This document shows positions 36,163 through 44,822 of a stretch of DNA of 64,000 nucleotides, in pieces (position 1 is the first letter of the stretch; each line of letters starts with the position of its first letter). This DNA comes from an uncultured Acidobacteriaceae bacterium (GTDB lineage: Bacteria; Acidobacteriota; Terriglobia; Terriglobales; Acidobacteriaceae). A model generated the notes under the pieces. That model saw only the letters and a list, made by a program, of their open reading frames with translations. It did not search any database and had not been told where the DNA came from. A program made the translations under genes and the position numbers. The stretch covers positions 419,949-483,948 of the forward strand of contig CAVYLL010000004.1 in assembly GCA_963769345.1 (NCBI GenBank), written 5' to 3'.

Positions 36163-37962
36163 ATGACACCTGCCCCGCTCTCCACGATTAACGACCTGTT
36201 TTGCCGGATGGCTGCAGCCGCCAATCCTCGAGCGATCCTCTGGCAGGACGAATTCGGCAACTGGCAGCCTCTCTCCTCCAACCAGATCTATCATCGCGTC
36301 CACTCCCTCTCTGAGGCGTTCCTGAGCTGGGGTGCAAAAAAAGGCGATTGCATCGCGCTGATCGCCGAGAATCGCTGGGAGTGGGCCGTTTCCGACTTTG
36401 CCATTCTCGCCATTAATGGCGTCAACGTCCCCATCTACCCAACACTCACCGGCGAACAGATTGCCGTTCTTCTCGCCGACGCCGGATGCCGCATTGCCGT
36501 CGTCTCCACCCGCCAGCAGTTCGACAAGCTCAATGCCGTTCGTTCTAAAACCCGGCTCGAGCGAATCCTCATGATGGATGGAAATGCTCCCGAGGGCGCC
36601 ATTGCCTTATCCAAGATACTTGCCGGCGCAGACGATGCTGGCCCCTATCGGGATCCAGTCTTCGATGCCCTGGTACGTTCCGTTGAGCCCGACGACCTTG
36701 CCACTTTGATTTACACCTCCGGCACCACCGGTGAGCCCAAGGGCGTGATGCTCACTCATGGCAACATTGCCACCAACCAGAACCTCGCGGCGGCGGAATT
36801 CACCTTCAACGCTACCGACGCATGCATTTCCTTTCTTCCTCTTTCGCATATCACGGCGCGTGCACTCGACTACGTCATGTACGGCCATGGAGCGCAGGTC
36901 GCCTACTGCTCCCATTTCGACAAGTTGCCGCAGGCCATGAAAGAAATTCGGCCGACTGTCTTTGTGGGCGTCCCTCGCGTGTACGAGAAGATTCGCCAGG
37001 CCGTTGAGCAAAAATCCTCGGCCTCGCCCATCAAGAAGCGCATGCTTGCCTGGGCTCTCAACGTTGGCGTGCAACACCGTAACACGGTCTATGGCGGACG
37101 CCAGCCCTCATCGATCTTCTGGAAAGTCGCCAACAAGCTCGTCTACAGCAAAGTGCGCGAAGCTTTTGGCGGTCGCGTACGCATCTGGGTCTCCGGCGGC
37201 GCACCTCTCGGCATCGACACCGCGAAGTGGTTCGCCTCGGTTGGCATCGCGGTGTGGGAGGGATACGGCCTTACGGAAACCTCGCCCGTGATCGCCCTCA
37301 ATAATCCTGCAGTCCACCGCATGGGCGCCGTGGGCAAGCCCCTTCCCAACATCGATCTCCGATTTGCTGAAGATGGCGAACTCCTTGTCCGCGGCCCATC
37401 GGTCTTCATCGGCTACTGGCAGAAGCCTTCTGCGAATGCTGAATGTTTCGATGCCGATGGTTTCTTCCGCACCGGCGATATCGCCCGATTCGATGACGAC
37501 GGATTTCTCTACATCACCGACCGTAAGAAGGAACTGCTCAAGACGTCAGGCGGAAAACTCGTCGCCCCGCAGCCCATTGAAAACAAGCTGAAGAATTCGG
37601 TAATGGTTGCGCAATGCGCCCTCGTGGGAGACAAGCACAAATTCATCTCCGCACTTATTTCGCCTAACTTCGCCGCACTCGAAGCATGGGCCACGCATGC
37701 CGGACTCGAAGCATCTGACCGCCAGGCCCTGGTCACCGACAGTCGCGTGATCGCGCTCTACGGTGAAGTTGTGCGCGAGGCGAACGCCGGTCTCGCCAAT
37801 TTCGAGACCATCAAGCGCTTCAAGCTGGTTGCCGACGAATGGTCGCAGGACTCCGGCGAACTCACTCCCTCCATGAAGCTCAAGCGCCGCGTTATTTCGG
37901 CAAAGTATGGGTCGGTAATCGACGAACTTTACGCGGACGAAGCAACCTCACGCGCCGAATAG
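36163..37962 (+). CDS. Long-chain fatty acid-CoA ligase (AMP-binding)
   Basis: YTSGTTGEPKGVML, EGYGLTETSP, FRTGDI, ITDRKKELLKTSGGK. Confidence 0.9.
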   Translation: MTPAPLSTINDLFCRMAAAANPRAILWQDEFGNWQPLSSNQIYHRVHSLSEAFLSWGAKKGDCIALIAENRWEWAVSDFAILAINGVNVPIYPTLTGEQIAVLLADAGCRIAVVSTRQQFDKLNAVRSKTRLERILMMDGNAPEGAIALSKILAGADDAGPYRDPVFDALVRSVEPDDLATLIYTSGTTGEPKGVMLTHGNIATNQNLAAAEFTFNATDACISFLPLSHITARALDYVMYGHGAQVAYCSHFDKLPQAMKEIRPTVFVGVPRVYEKIRQAVEQKSSASPIKKRMLAWALNVGVQHRNTVYGGRQPSSIFWKVANKLVYSKVREAFGGRVRIWVSGGAPLGIDTAKWFASVGIAVWEGYGLTETSPVIALNNPAVHRMGAVGKPLPNIDLRFAEDGELLVRGPSVFIGYWQKPSANAECFDADGFFRTGDIARFDDDGFLYITDRKKELLKTSGGKLVAPQPIENKLKNSVMVAQCALVGDKHKFISALISPNFAALEAWATHAGLEASDRQALVTDSRVIALYGEVVREANAGLANFETIKRFKLVADEWSQDSGELTPSMKLKRRVISAKYGSVIDELYADEATSRAE

Positions 37963-38557
37963 GTGACTCGATCCGTCCGATTTCTTTCCGGAAGCTCTTC
38001 CCCTTGGTCCACATCAGTTGCAGTCCGCGGAAAAACGGTGCGCCCCAGGCTCCCACCGCCAGAATTCCGCCGAACAGAATCACCGCGTCGATGCTGATGC
38101 GTCCCTCGCGCGACCAGTAGTCGTTAGGGTCGAGGTTCAGCCACAGCGAAAATTCATCCAGCGTCAGCGCTGCTCCCACGCCGTAACTCACGCTCATCAG
38201 CCTGCTGAAGAAGATCGACAGCGGCGAATGGCTCCGTCCCAGATCAAGCAGCCAGCCATAGCCCACCAGGAGCAGGATCATGATTCCCCATACGAGGTGA
38301 TGGATGTGGTGTCCGCGCACCACCACCCAGTCAAATGGGCCGTGATTATGAATGATCAGGCCAACGATCAAACGCACGCCCGCAAAGGTAATCAGGAACG
38401 AAACCGAAGCAATGAACATCCGCCGCCGTGGTCGGTCCGGAATCGTCGACCGCACCACGAATCCCAGGCGCGTCAGTTGCAGCAGCACCAGGAGCAAGAC
38501 GACGACCAGGCTTGCAAACACAAGCAAGATCAGCGCTCCGCTGCCGGGAATAGACAT
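37892..38557 (-). CDS. Membrane protein of unknown function
   Basis: GGAAGG Shine-Dalgarno; GHHIHHLVWG and ALTLDEFSLWL motifs; its 3' end overlaps the ligase by about 70 nt. Confidence 0.7.
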   Translation of the reverse strand: MSIPGSGALILLVFASLVVVLLLVLLQLTRLGFVVRSTIPDRPRRRMFIASVSFLITFAGVRLIVGLIIHNHGPFDWVVVRGHHIHHLVWGIMILLLVGYGWLLDLGRSHSPLSIFFSRLMSVSYGVGAALTLDEFSLWLNLDPNDYWSREGRISIDAVILFGGILAVGAWGAPFFRGLQLMWTKGKSFRKEIGRIESPIRRVRLLRPRKVRRLPTHTLPK

Positions 38558-38638
38558 ACCTTCCTATTGAATCACCTCGGCGCCAGTTCCACTCATCGAA
38601 TCCGACCCCGATCACAGACGGACCAGATACGTCACCCA

Positions 38639-38654
38639 AGTGAGCACGGTCACG
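38639..38654. promoter_or_regulatory. GTGA-N6-TCAC operator upstream of pfk
   Basis: AGTGAGCACGGTCACG, 13/16 identical to the hoxE site; centred about 30 bp upstream of a TATACT hexamer at 38677. Confidence 0.65.
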
Positions 38655-38793
38655 ATTCTTCTTTACAACCGAGGCTTATACTGTCTAAGGCGTCGAGAGC
38701 GGCGATTTGCCTTCACGCCCGAATGTCCAGGTATTTCCGGCGCGGCCTGCGCGACAGGCGCAGCCGCCCGAGTTCGATCAGGAGAGATTTACG

Positions 38794-39828
38794 ATGCGAG
38801 TTGCACTATTGACCGGCGGCGGCGACTGCCCCGGCTTGAATGCAGTGATCTACGCCGCCGTGCGCAAGGGAATCCAAACCTACGGCGATGAATTCATCGG
38901 CTTCCTCAACGGCTGGCGAGGCGTGCTCGACAACAACTTCATCCCGCTCACCCTTGAGAACACCGACGGCATTCAGCTCAGGGGCGGGACCATCCTCCAC
39001 TCCTCGCGCACCAATGTGAAAAAGATCCCCGGTGGCATTGAGAAGGTGCAGGAAGTTCTCAAGATCAACAAGATCGACGCCCTCATCGCTCTTGGCGGCG
39101 ACGACACCCAATCCGTCACCCTCTTTCTGGCCGAAAACGGCATCAATGCCGTCGGCGTTCCCAAGACCATCGACAACGACATCAACGGCACCGACCAGAC
39201 ATTCGGCTTCGATACCGCAGTCATGATCGCCACCGAGGCCATCGATCGCATCCACACCACCGCCGACTCGCACAACCGCGTCATCGTCGTTGAAGTCATG
39301 GGCCGCGATGCCGGTTGGATCGCTTACGCATCCGGTATTGCGGGTGGCGCACATGTCGTCCTCGTTCCCGAGAAGGAAATCGACATCGACCACGTCTGCG
39401 CTCTGCTCAAGTACAACTACGATCACGGCAAGCATTACGGCGTAGTCGTTGTTGCGGAAGGCTGCCACCTGCCGGAAGTCGGCCAGGTCATCGGTTCCAA
39501 GGAAGTCGACTCCTTCGGCCACGCGCGTCTTTCCGGCATCGGCGAGGCCCTCGCCAGTCTCATCGAGAAGAAGACAGGTTTCGAGACCCGCTCCGTCAAT
39601 CTTGGTCACACCCAACGCGGCGGAGTACCTACCGCCTACGATCGACTTCTCGGCCAGCGTTACGGACTTCACGCCATCGACATGGTGCACGATAAGAAGT
39701 GGGGCCGCATCGCTGTACTCAAAGGCCTCGACGTCACTGATATCACCATCAAGGAAGCCATCGCCACCAACCGCCGCCTCGACCAGCGCTTCTTCGACGT
39801 AATCCGCGACCTTGAAGCAAAAGTTTAA
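38794..39828 (+). CDS. pfk: 6-phosphofructokinase, short form with PPi-dependent signature
   Basis: TGGGDCPGLNAVI, GGDDT, PKTIDND, EVMGRDAGW, LGHTQRGG. Confidence 0.9.
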   Translation: MRVALLTGGGDCPGLNAVIYAAVRKGIQTYGDEFIGFLNGWRGVLDNNFIPLTLENTDGIQLRGGTILHSSRTNVKKIPGGIEKVQEVLKINKIDALIALGGDDTQSVTLFLAENGINAVGVPKTIDNDINGTDQTFGFDTAVMIATEAIDRIHTTADSHNRVIVVEVMGRDAGWIAYASGIAGGAHVVLVPEKEIDIDHVCALLKYNYDHGKHYGVVVVAEGCHLPEVGQVIGSKEVDSFGHARLSGIGEALASLIEKKTGFETRSVNLGHTQRGGVPTAYDRLLGQRYGLHAIDMVHDKKWGRIAVLKGLDVTDITIKEAIATNRRLDQRFFDVIRDLEAKV

Positions 39829-39872
39829 GTATTCACTGCACTGTTATCCTCTGACATACACTAGCAAGAAAT

Positions 39873-39906
39873 CGGGTGCCCCAGGTCTCGCTTTTGAGAC
39901 CTGGGA
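39873..39906 (+). repeat. REP-like hairpin, family 2 (GGTGCCCCA head)
   Basis: CGGGTGC-CCCAGGTCTC-GCTTTT-GAGACCTGGG, a perfect 10-bp stem. Same head and architecture as 44436 and 44731. Confidence 0.75.
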
Positions 39907-39999
39907 TTCTCTACGATATCAGTGGAATGAATTGCGTCGCGATTTGCATCGCGGGGCTCAGAGACGGATGCTGCCTGAACTGATGCAGGACAGCGGCTG

Positions 40000-40461
40000 A
40001 TGCACGAGACATTTATCACGATGACACTCTCGGAAAGAATGAGCACCGCGGCGGGGATATTCCTGCTGGTTTTGGTGGCGGGATTCTTCGGTGCATTCTG
40101 GTGGTCCACCACAATACCGCGCAGGCCAACGAAGGTCGCCCCAAACGCGGTTTTCCTATGGGCGCCCCACGTGGGTCTGCCAGCGCCAAGGAGGGGATGG
40201 TGGCTCTCTTGTCGCTACGAAGCCGGCCATGACTACTGCAGGCTGAGTGATTTGCATGGGGATACTGAATACGACGGGGAGTTCATCACATATCGCACAA
40301 AAACTGCCGTACCGGAAATCCAATTGATCATCGATCCAGAGAAGAGTACCGATCACAAGGTCTGGGTTGGGGACACACTCGTTCCCTTGGTATATCTGAA
40401 AAATGGCAGCATACTGATGCCGGAGAAGAACTATCTCGCCGGTGTTCGAATCTTGGAGTAA
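40000..40461 (+). CDS. Hypothetical protein with one N-terminal TM helix
   Basis: 153-codon ORF; hydrophobic segment AAGIFLLVLVAGFFGAFWW; no recognised family. Confidence 0.6.
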   Translation: MHETFITMTLSERMSTAAGIFLLVLVAGFFGAFWWSTTIPRRPTKVAPNAVFLWAPHVGLPAPRRGWWLSCRYEAGHDYCRLSDLHGDTEYDGEFITYRTKTAVPEIQLIIDPEKSTDHKVWVGDTLVPLVYLKNGSILMPEKNYLAGVRILE

Positions 40462-40479
40462 CCGTGACGGATTAACGAT

Positions 40480-40652
40480 GGCGATGCCTCCCGTTTCCTG
40501 TCCGGATGCTGCTCTTAGGAGAGAAATCGCCAAAGGGCGCTGCCTCCGAAGATGCAACGCCCGGCGTGCCCGTTGAAAAAATTGAAATGCATTGATGATG
40601 GTTCCCGTCGGGGACCCAAGTATCATCGCGTCAAGGAGGGAGACCGCATCTC
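40480..40652. ncRNA. Candidate 6S-like structured RNA (long imperfect hairpin with central bubble); strand unresolved
   Basis: Ends pair (GATGC-CTCCC with GGGAG-acc-GCATC). Inner helix GATGCTGC..TTAGG with CCCAA-GTATCATC. Apical stem GGGCG...CGCCC is closed by a C-UUCG-G loop on the minus strand. Length is about 173 nt. Structure was read by eye only. Confidence 0.45.
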
Positions 40653-40741
40653 TTCTTCAAAGGGAGACGGGCTATGTCGTCAACTCCGCTAACCGGCCGC
40701 ACAGCGGCCGCTAACTCCGCTGGCTCCGCTCTTCCTTCCTC

Positions 40742-41194
40742 ATGACCTATCGCCTCTTCGAGCGCAACGACTTCGACGACCTCTACGCCATCGAAGAGGT
40801 CTGTTTCCAGCCACCGCAACGGTTCAGCCGCCGCTACATGCGCCATCTCGTCGCCTCACCCGATGCCGCGACGTGGATAGCTGAACAGGATGCTCGAATG
40901 GCCGGCTTCGCCATCGTCGAATGGACTCAGCAGGTCACGGGGGTCATTGCCTACATCGCCACCATCGAAGTGCTGCCCCAGCACCGCGGTCGTCGCATCG
41001 GCGCCGAACTCCTCCGCCGCATCGAAGGCTCGGCCAATGCCGAACGCGCAATCCAGGTGTGGCTTCACGTCGACATGGAAAATGGCGCCGCTATCCGCCT
41101 CTATGAGAGCTCCGGCTATCAAAACTCCGGACGAGCTGACCACTATTACGCCCGCAACCGCCCCGCTGCAATCTATGTGAAAAGCCTCGTTTAA
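40742..41194 (+). CDS. GNAT acetyltransferase (RimI-like)
   Basis: YIATIEVLPQHRGRRIG, WLHVDMENGAAIRLYESSGY. Confidence 0.85.
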   Translation: MTYRLFERNDFDDLYAIEEVCFQPPQRFSRRYMRHLVASPDAATWIAEQDARMAGFAIVEWTQQVTGVIAYIATIEVLPQHRGRRIGAELLRRIEGSANAERAIQVWLHVDMENGAAIRLYESSGYQNSGRADHYYARNRPAAIYVKSLV

Positions 41195-41287
41195 CCCTCG
41201 CCCTCGTCTGAGCATTACCGCCGGCTCTACCGTCCCGCAATTCGCCGATCCCCAACTGAAGATCCGCATAAAATAGAGTTAGCAATC

Positions 41288-42964
41288 ATGTCCATCAGCA
41301 ATCCCAATCTGCCCAAGCTGGTCGTGTCTCTGCGCCAGTACAACCGGCAGATGTTCCTGCACGATCTTCTCGCCGGCATCACGGTTGGCCTGGTCGCACT
41401 GCCTCTCGCCATGGCCTTTGGCATTGCCTCTGGTGTGACCCCACAGGCCGGACTCTACACCGCTGTCGTCGCTGGTTTCCTCATCTCCGCCCTCGGCGGT
41501 TCCCGCACCCAGATCGGCGGCCCCACCGGCGCATTCGTTGTTATCGTCGCCGGCATCGTCGTCCGCTTTGGCCTGCCCGGCCTCGCCATGGTCACTCTCA
41601 TGGCCGGAATCATCCTGCTCGCCATGGGACTAACCGGCCTCGGATCAGCGGTGCGCTTCATCCCGCGGCCCGTCGTCATCGGATTCACCAACGGCATCGC
41701 GATCCTTATCGCCTCCACGCAGATCAAGGACTTCTTCGGCCTTCACGTTGGCGCCGTTCCCAGCGAATTCCTGCCCAGAATGAAGCTTCTGATCGGCCAC
41801 ATGCCCAGCCTCAACTGGCAGGCGCTCGCGATCGGCCTGACGACGCTTGCCATCATGCTCATCCTGCCGCGCTTCACCAAACGCGTTCCTGCGTCCATCG
41901 TCGCGTTGCTTGCATGCACCGTGGCATGCGCCCTGTTTCATCTGCCAGTCGAAACCATCGGTACACGCTTCGGCGGAATCCCCCGCGGGCTTCCGCCATT
42001 CGCCATTCCCGACTTCCACGCTGAGCACATTCTGCCGCTCATTCCGTCGGCCTTTACCGTGGCTTTGTTGGCAGCCCTCGAGAGCATGCTCTCCGCTGTC
42101 GTAGCCGATAGCATGACCGGCGATCGCCACAACCCCAACGTCGAATTGGTCGCGCAGGGAATCGCCAACATCACCTCACCGCTATTTGGCGGCATCCCTG
42201 CTACCGGAGCCATCGCCCGCACCGCTACCAACATCCGCTCCGGAGCGCGCTCCCCCGTCTCCGGCATCGTGCACGCGCTCACTCTGCTGCTCATTTTGCT
42301 CGTGGCTGCACCGCTGGCCGGCTACATTCCGCTGGCCACGCTCGCCGCTGTTCTGTTTGTCGTCGCCTACAACATGGGCGAGTGGCGAGAAATCGGCGGA
42401 ATCCTCCAACTCGGGTTTACGGCCATCTCCGTCTGGCTTGTCACGTTCGCACTCACCGTCTTCGCGGATCTCACGGTCGCCGTCAGCGTCGGCATGGCGT
42501 TGGCCGCGCTGGTTTACATCTACCGCATTGCCGAGACCACCACAGTAACCCCCGTGACCGACGAATACATCCGCGACGGTTTGTCTCACTCGCTCCAGGG
42601 ACGCATCATTCCGTCCTACGTCACGCTTCTCCGGATCCACGGGCCGTTCCTGTTCGGCACAACCGAGAAGCTGGTCGAGGCCACCAGCAACGTTGAGGTC
42701 TTTGAGCCGGTCGTCATTCTGCGCCTGCGTAACATGACGGCCATCGATGCCACCGGCATCCACGCCATCGAATCATTCGCAAAGCGCCTCACCGAATCCG
42801 GCCGCACACTCCTGCTCTGCGGAGCGATGGAGCAACCATCGAAACTTCTTCAGCAACCGCGTTTTCTCGATCACGTTGGCCGCGAAAACATCATGCCCAA
42901 CATCCAGATCGCCCTCGATCGCGCTAAAGAAATCCACGAAAGCCGCGCCGTCCTGGCCAGTTGA
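41288..42964 (+). CDS. SulP-family anion permease with STAS domain
   Basis: DLLAGITVGLVALPLAMAF, QIGGPTGAF, GAIARTATN, GPFLFG, IDATG. Confidence 0.93.
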   Translation: MSISNPNLPKLVVSLRQYNRQMFLHDLLAGITVGLVALPLAMAFGIASGVTPQAGLYTAVVAGFLISALGGSRTQIGGPTGAFVVIVAGIVVRFGLPGLAMVTLMAGIILLAMGLTGLGSAVRFIPRPVVIGFTNGIAILIASTQIKDFFGLHVGAVPSEFLPRMKLLIGHMPSLNWQALAIGLTTLAIMLILPRFTKRVPASIVALLACTVACALFHLPVETIGTRFGGIPRGLPPFAIPDFHAEHILPLIPSAFTVALLAALESMLSAVVADSMTGDRHNPNVELVAQGIANITSPLFGGIPATGAIARTATNIRSGARSPVSGIVHALTLLLILLVAAPLAGYIPLATLAAVLFVVAYNMGEWREIGGILQLGFTAISVWLVTFALTVFADLTVAVSVGMALAALVYIYRIAETTTVTPVTDEYIRDGLSHSLQGRIIPSYVTLLRIHGPFLFGTTEKLVEATSNVEVFEPVVILRLRNMTAIDATGIHAIESFAKRLTESGRTLLLCGAMEQPSKLLQQPRFLDHVGRENIMPNIQIALDRAKEIHESRAVLAS

Positions 42965-43115
42965 AACGGCACTATCCAAAAATTGAAAATAGCCGCGGTG
43001 AAGTCTCGAGATCGGGCGTCGAAGAATTGTCGCGGAGGGGTCGGCGGCTTCAGGCCGCTGAAAGATGGCACCATGAACCCGGCCTTTACACTAGTTGGAA
43101 GGGAGGGACCTCGTA

Positions 43116-43244
43116 ATGAGCGACGGACGCGAAGAGCGCGAGGAATGCGAAAAACGCCGCGAGCAGGAAGAGCGGGAAGACAGGGAAGATCGCATCAATC
43201 GCGAACTTCGAGACCAATGGAAGCCCGAGCGCCGCGAGTCCTGA
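43116..43244 (+). CDS. Small 42-aa Glu/Arg-rich protein (not in the ORF track)
   Basis: GGAGGG Shine-Dalgarno about 8 nt upstream of ATG; MSDGREEREECEKRREQEEREDREDRINRELRDQWKPERRES. Confidence 0.55.
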   Translation: MSDGREEREECEKRREQEEREDREDRINRELRDQWKPERRES

Positions 43245-43251
43245 ATCCGAC

Positions 43252-43848
43252 CTACCGCACCGTTTCGAACTTCTCCCACGGGTAATTACACGCCGGGCAG
43301 TTCTCGCCTTCGGCAGTTTGTGCAGCATATCCGCAAAGCGTGCACACAAAGAAGTCGTGCGGTTCATACGCCCAGCCTGACTTGACGGCGGCATTCACCA
43401 GCGGCATAACATCGTCGTACAAGCGCACATGAGACTTGTCGGCTTCAAGAGCCCAGTGAAAACTTCGAGCCGCCGTCGAATCAAACAGCGGAACCGCAGC
43501 TGTAAGAAAAGTGGGATAGAGATAGTCCACTTCGAACTTCTGATCGACGAGAGCCGCGTTCAAATTCTCCAGCGTGCTCTCCACGCGCGGCATTGGCACA
43601 TCGATCATTGTCGAGCCGCCCATATGTCTTAACAGGCGTGCATGATTGCTGGCATGAATCTGTTCGGCCCGTGCCGTCGCGCGAAATAGGCTCGCAATCC
43701 CGCGGTAACCCTCTTCTTCAGCCCTCACAGCGTATGCCTTGTTAGCCGCAATCGTCTTCGTCTCTTCTTCAAAGGCGGTCTCAAGGTTTCGGATCACCGT
43801 AAGATCCTCAACCCCGATCCCGTGAGCGATCATGCGATCCGTTGCCAT
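43252..43848 (-). CDS. Rubrerythrin-family protein with C-terminal rubredoxin domain and atypical diiron ligands
   Basis: NLETAFEEE, AEEEGY, AEQIH, DQKFE, ADKSH, CTLCGY...CPAC. Confidence 0.85.
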   Translation of the reverse strand: MATDRMIAHGIGVEDLTVIRNLETAFEEETKTIAANKAYAVRAEEEGYRGIASLFRATARAEQIHASNHARLLRHMGGSTMIDVPMPRVESTLENLNAALVDQKFEVDYLYPTFLTAAVPLFDSTAARSFHWALEADKSHVRLYDDVMPLVNAAVKSGWAYEPHDFFVCTLCGYAAQTAEGENCPACNYPWEKFETVR

Positions 43849-43894
43849 ATCCCAAAACTTCCCTCACTCCGTTAGATGCACGACGGAGCGTTCA

Positions 43895-43910
43895 GGTGAT
43901 GCCGATCACA
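43895..43910. promoter_or_regulatory. GTGA-N6-TCAC operator upstream of rubrerythrin
   Basis: GGTGA-tgccga-TCACA, about 47 nt upstream of the ATG. Confidence 0.6.
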
Positions 43911-44034
43911 TGTAATTGTCGAAAGTGCTGAAACCAGAATGGCGAAATCGGCTCCCTGAAAGCCGTTATTGAACCTGTTTCTATCTATCGGATACGTTCA
44001 AACCGCTCCCAAAACGAAGTTGCACTCCGGGCAG

Positions 44035-44412
44035 TTACGGCACCATCTCCCCCAGTGCCGATCCGCCCCAAACCGCCGCAAGTCCCAGCACAAGACTTCC
44101 AGCCGCATAGAGAGCCGCAATCCCGAAAGCTCCGGCGCGCAATGTCGACAGCGTCTCCCACTCGTACGTCGAAAACGTGCTGTACGCGCCGATGAACCCA
44201 ACCGGGACCAGGAATCGCCACGCTGGATTCAACTCCGCGCGCCGGCCCAGATAGCTCATGGAGAAGCCGATGATGACGCAAGCCGTCATGTTCACGATCA
44301 GCGTCCCGTATGGGAACCGGACCCCCAACCGCCCCGCGATCGAAGAGCCCACCCAATAACGCGCAATCGATCCCAGCGCGCCGCCAACGGCAATCAGCAG
44401 ATATTTCTGCAA
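44035..44412 (-). CDS. crcB: Fluoride channel Fluc/CrcB
   Basis: TTG start; GGALGSIARY, FPYGTLIVN, GFIGAYSTFSTY. Confidence 0.93.
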   Translation of the reverse strand: MQKYLLIAVGGALGSIARYWVGSSIAGRLGVRFPYGTLIVNMTACVIIGFSMSYLGRRAELNPAWRFLVPVGFIGAYSTFSTYEWETLSTLRAGAFGIAALYAAGSLVLGLAAVWGGSALGEMVP

Positions 44413-44435
44413 TCTGTCCCCCCCGAAGAGATCAG

Positions 44436-44480
44436 TGGTGCCCCATCCATGGCAGCGCCTTTTGCTGTCGTGGGTGGGAG
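44436..44480 (+). repeat. REP-like hairpin, family 2, inside the crcB leader
   Basis: GGTGC-CCCATCCATGGCAGC...GCTGTCGTGGGTGGG, a 15-bp stem with G-T pairs. Confidence 0.7.
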
Positions 44481-44557
44481 CACGAACCCACCGTGGATCT
44501 CTCTTATCCAAATTTCCAGGGATCGCGCCGGGCGTAACTCTCCGACAGGACCACCTG

Positions 44558-44648
44558 TCAGGAGTCATCATCTGTCCGGCCTTGCGGAGAGGACAGCGGT
44601 TAACAGCGAGGCAGAGATTGCCAAGCTGCGCGGCGAACTCCATCGCCG
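44558..44648 (-). ncRNA. Fluoride riboswitch (crcB motif) with a ~30-nt inserted hairpin
   Basis: Minus strand reads GGCGAUGGAGUUCGCC-[insert]-UUAACCGCUGUCC...GGACAG-AUGAUGACUCCU. The pseudoknot GGAGU/ACUCC is intact and the element lies upstream of crcB. Confidence 0.88.
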
Positions 44649-44730
44649 CTACCACTGCATCCATTACACGGGCGACTGCTTTTCGATGTCAAGTAACTTG
44701 CGTTTTCGCTGACCAATCTGAGTAAATTGG

Positions 44731-44775
44731 CCGGTGTCCCATCCATGAAAGGTTCTTTTGCTGTCATGGATGGGG
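44731..44775 (+). repeat. REP-like hairpin, family 2
   Basis: CCGGTGT-CCCATCCATGA...TCATGGATGGG, an 11-bp perfect stem. Confidence 0.7.
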
Positions 44776-44822
44776 CAACCTCACCCCCACATGGCTTCCG
44801 ATCTTCAAATCTGAGCGGTCTG

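Noticed and set aside
40516-40570. GGAGAGA...CCGAAGATGCAA resembling a glycine riboswitch aptamer
   Set aside because: The required downstream CUCUCAGG/CUUUCAGG is absent, there is no glycine-related gene downstream, and the segment fits better as part of the long hairpin.
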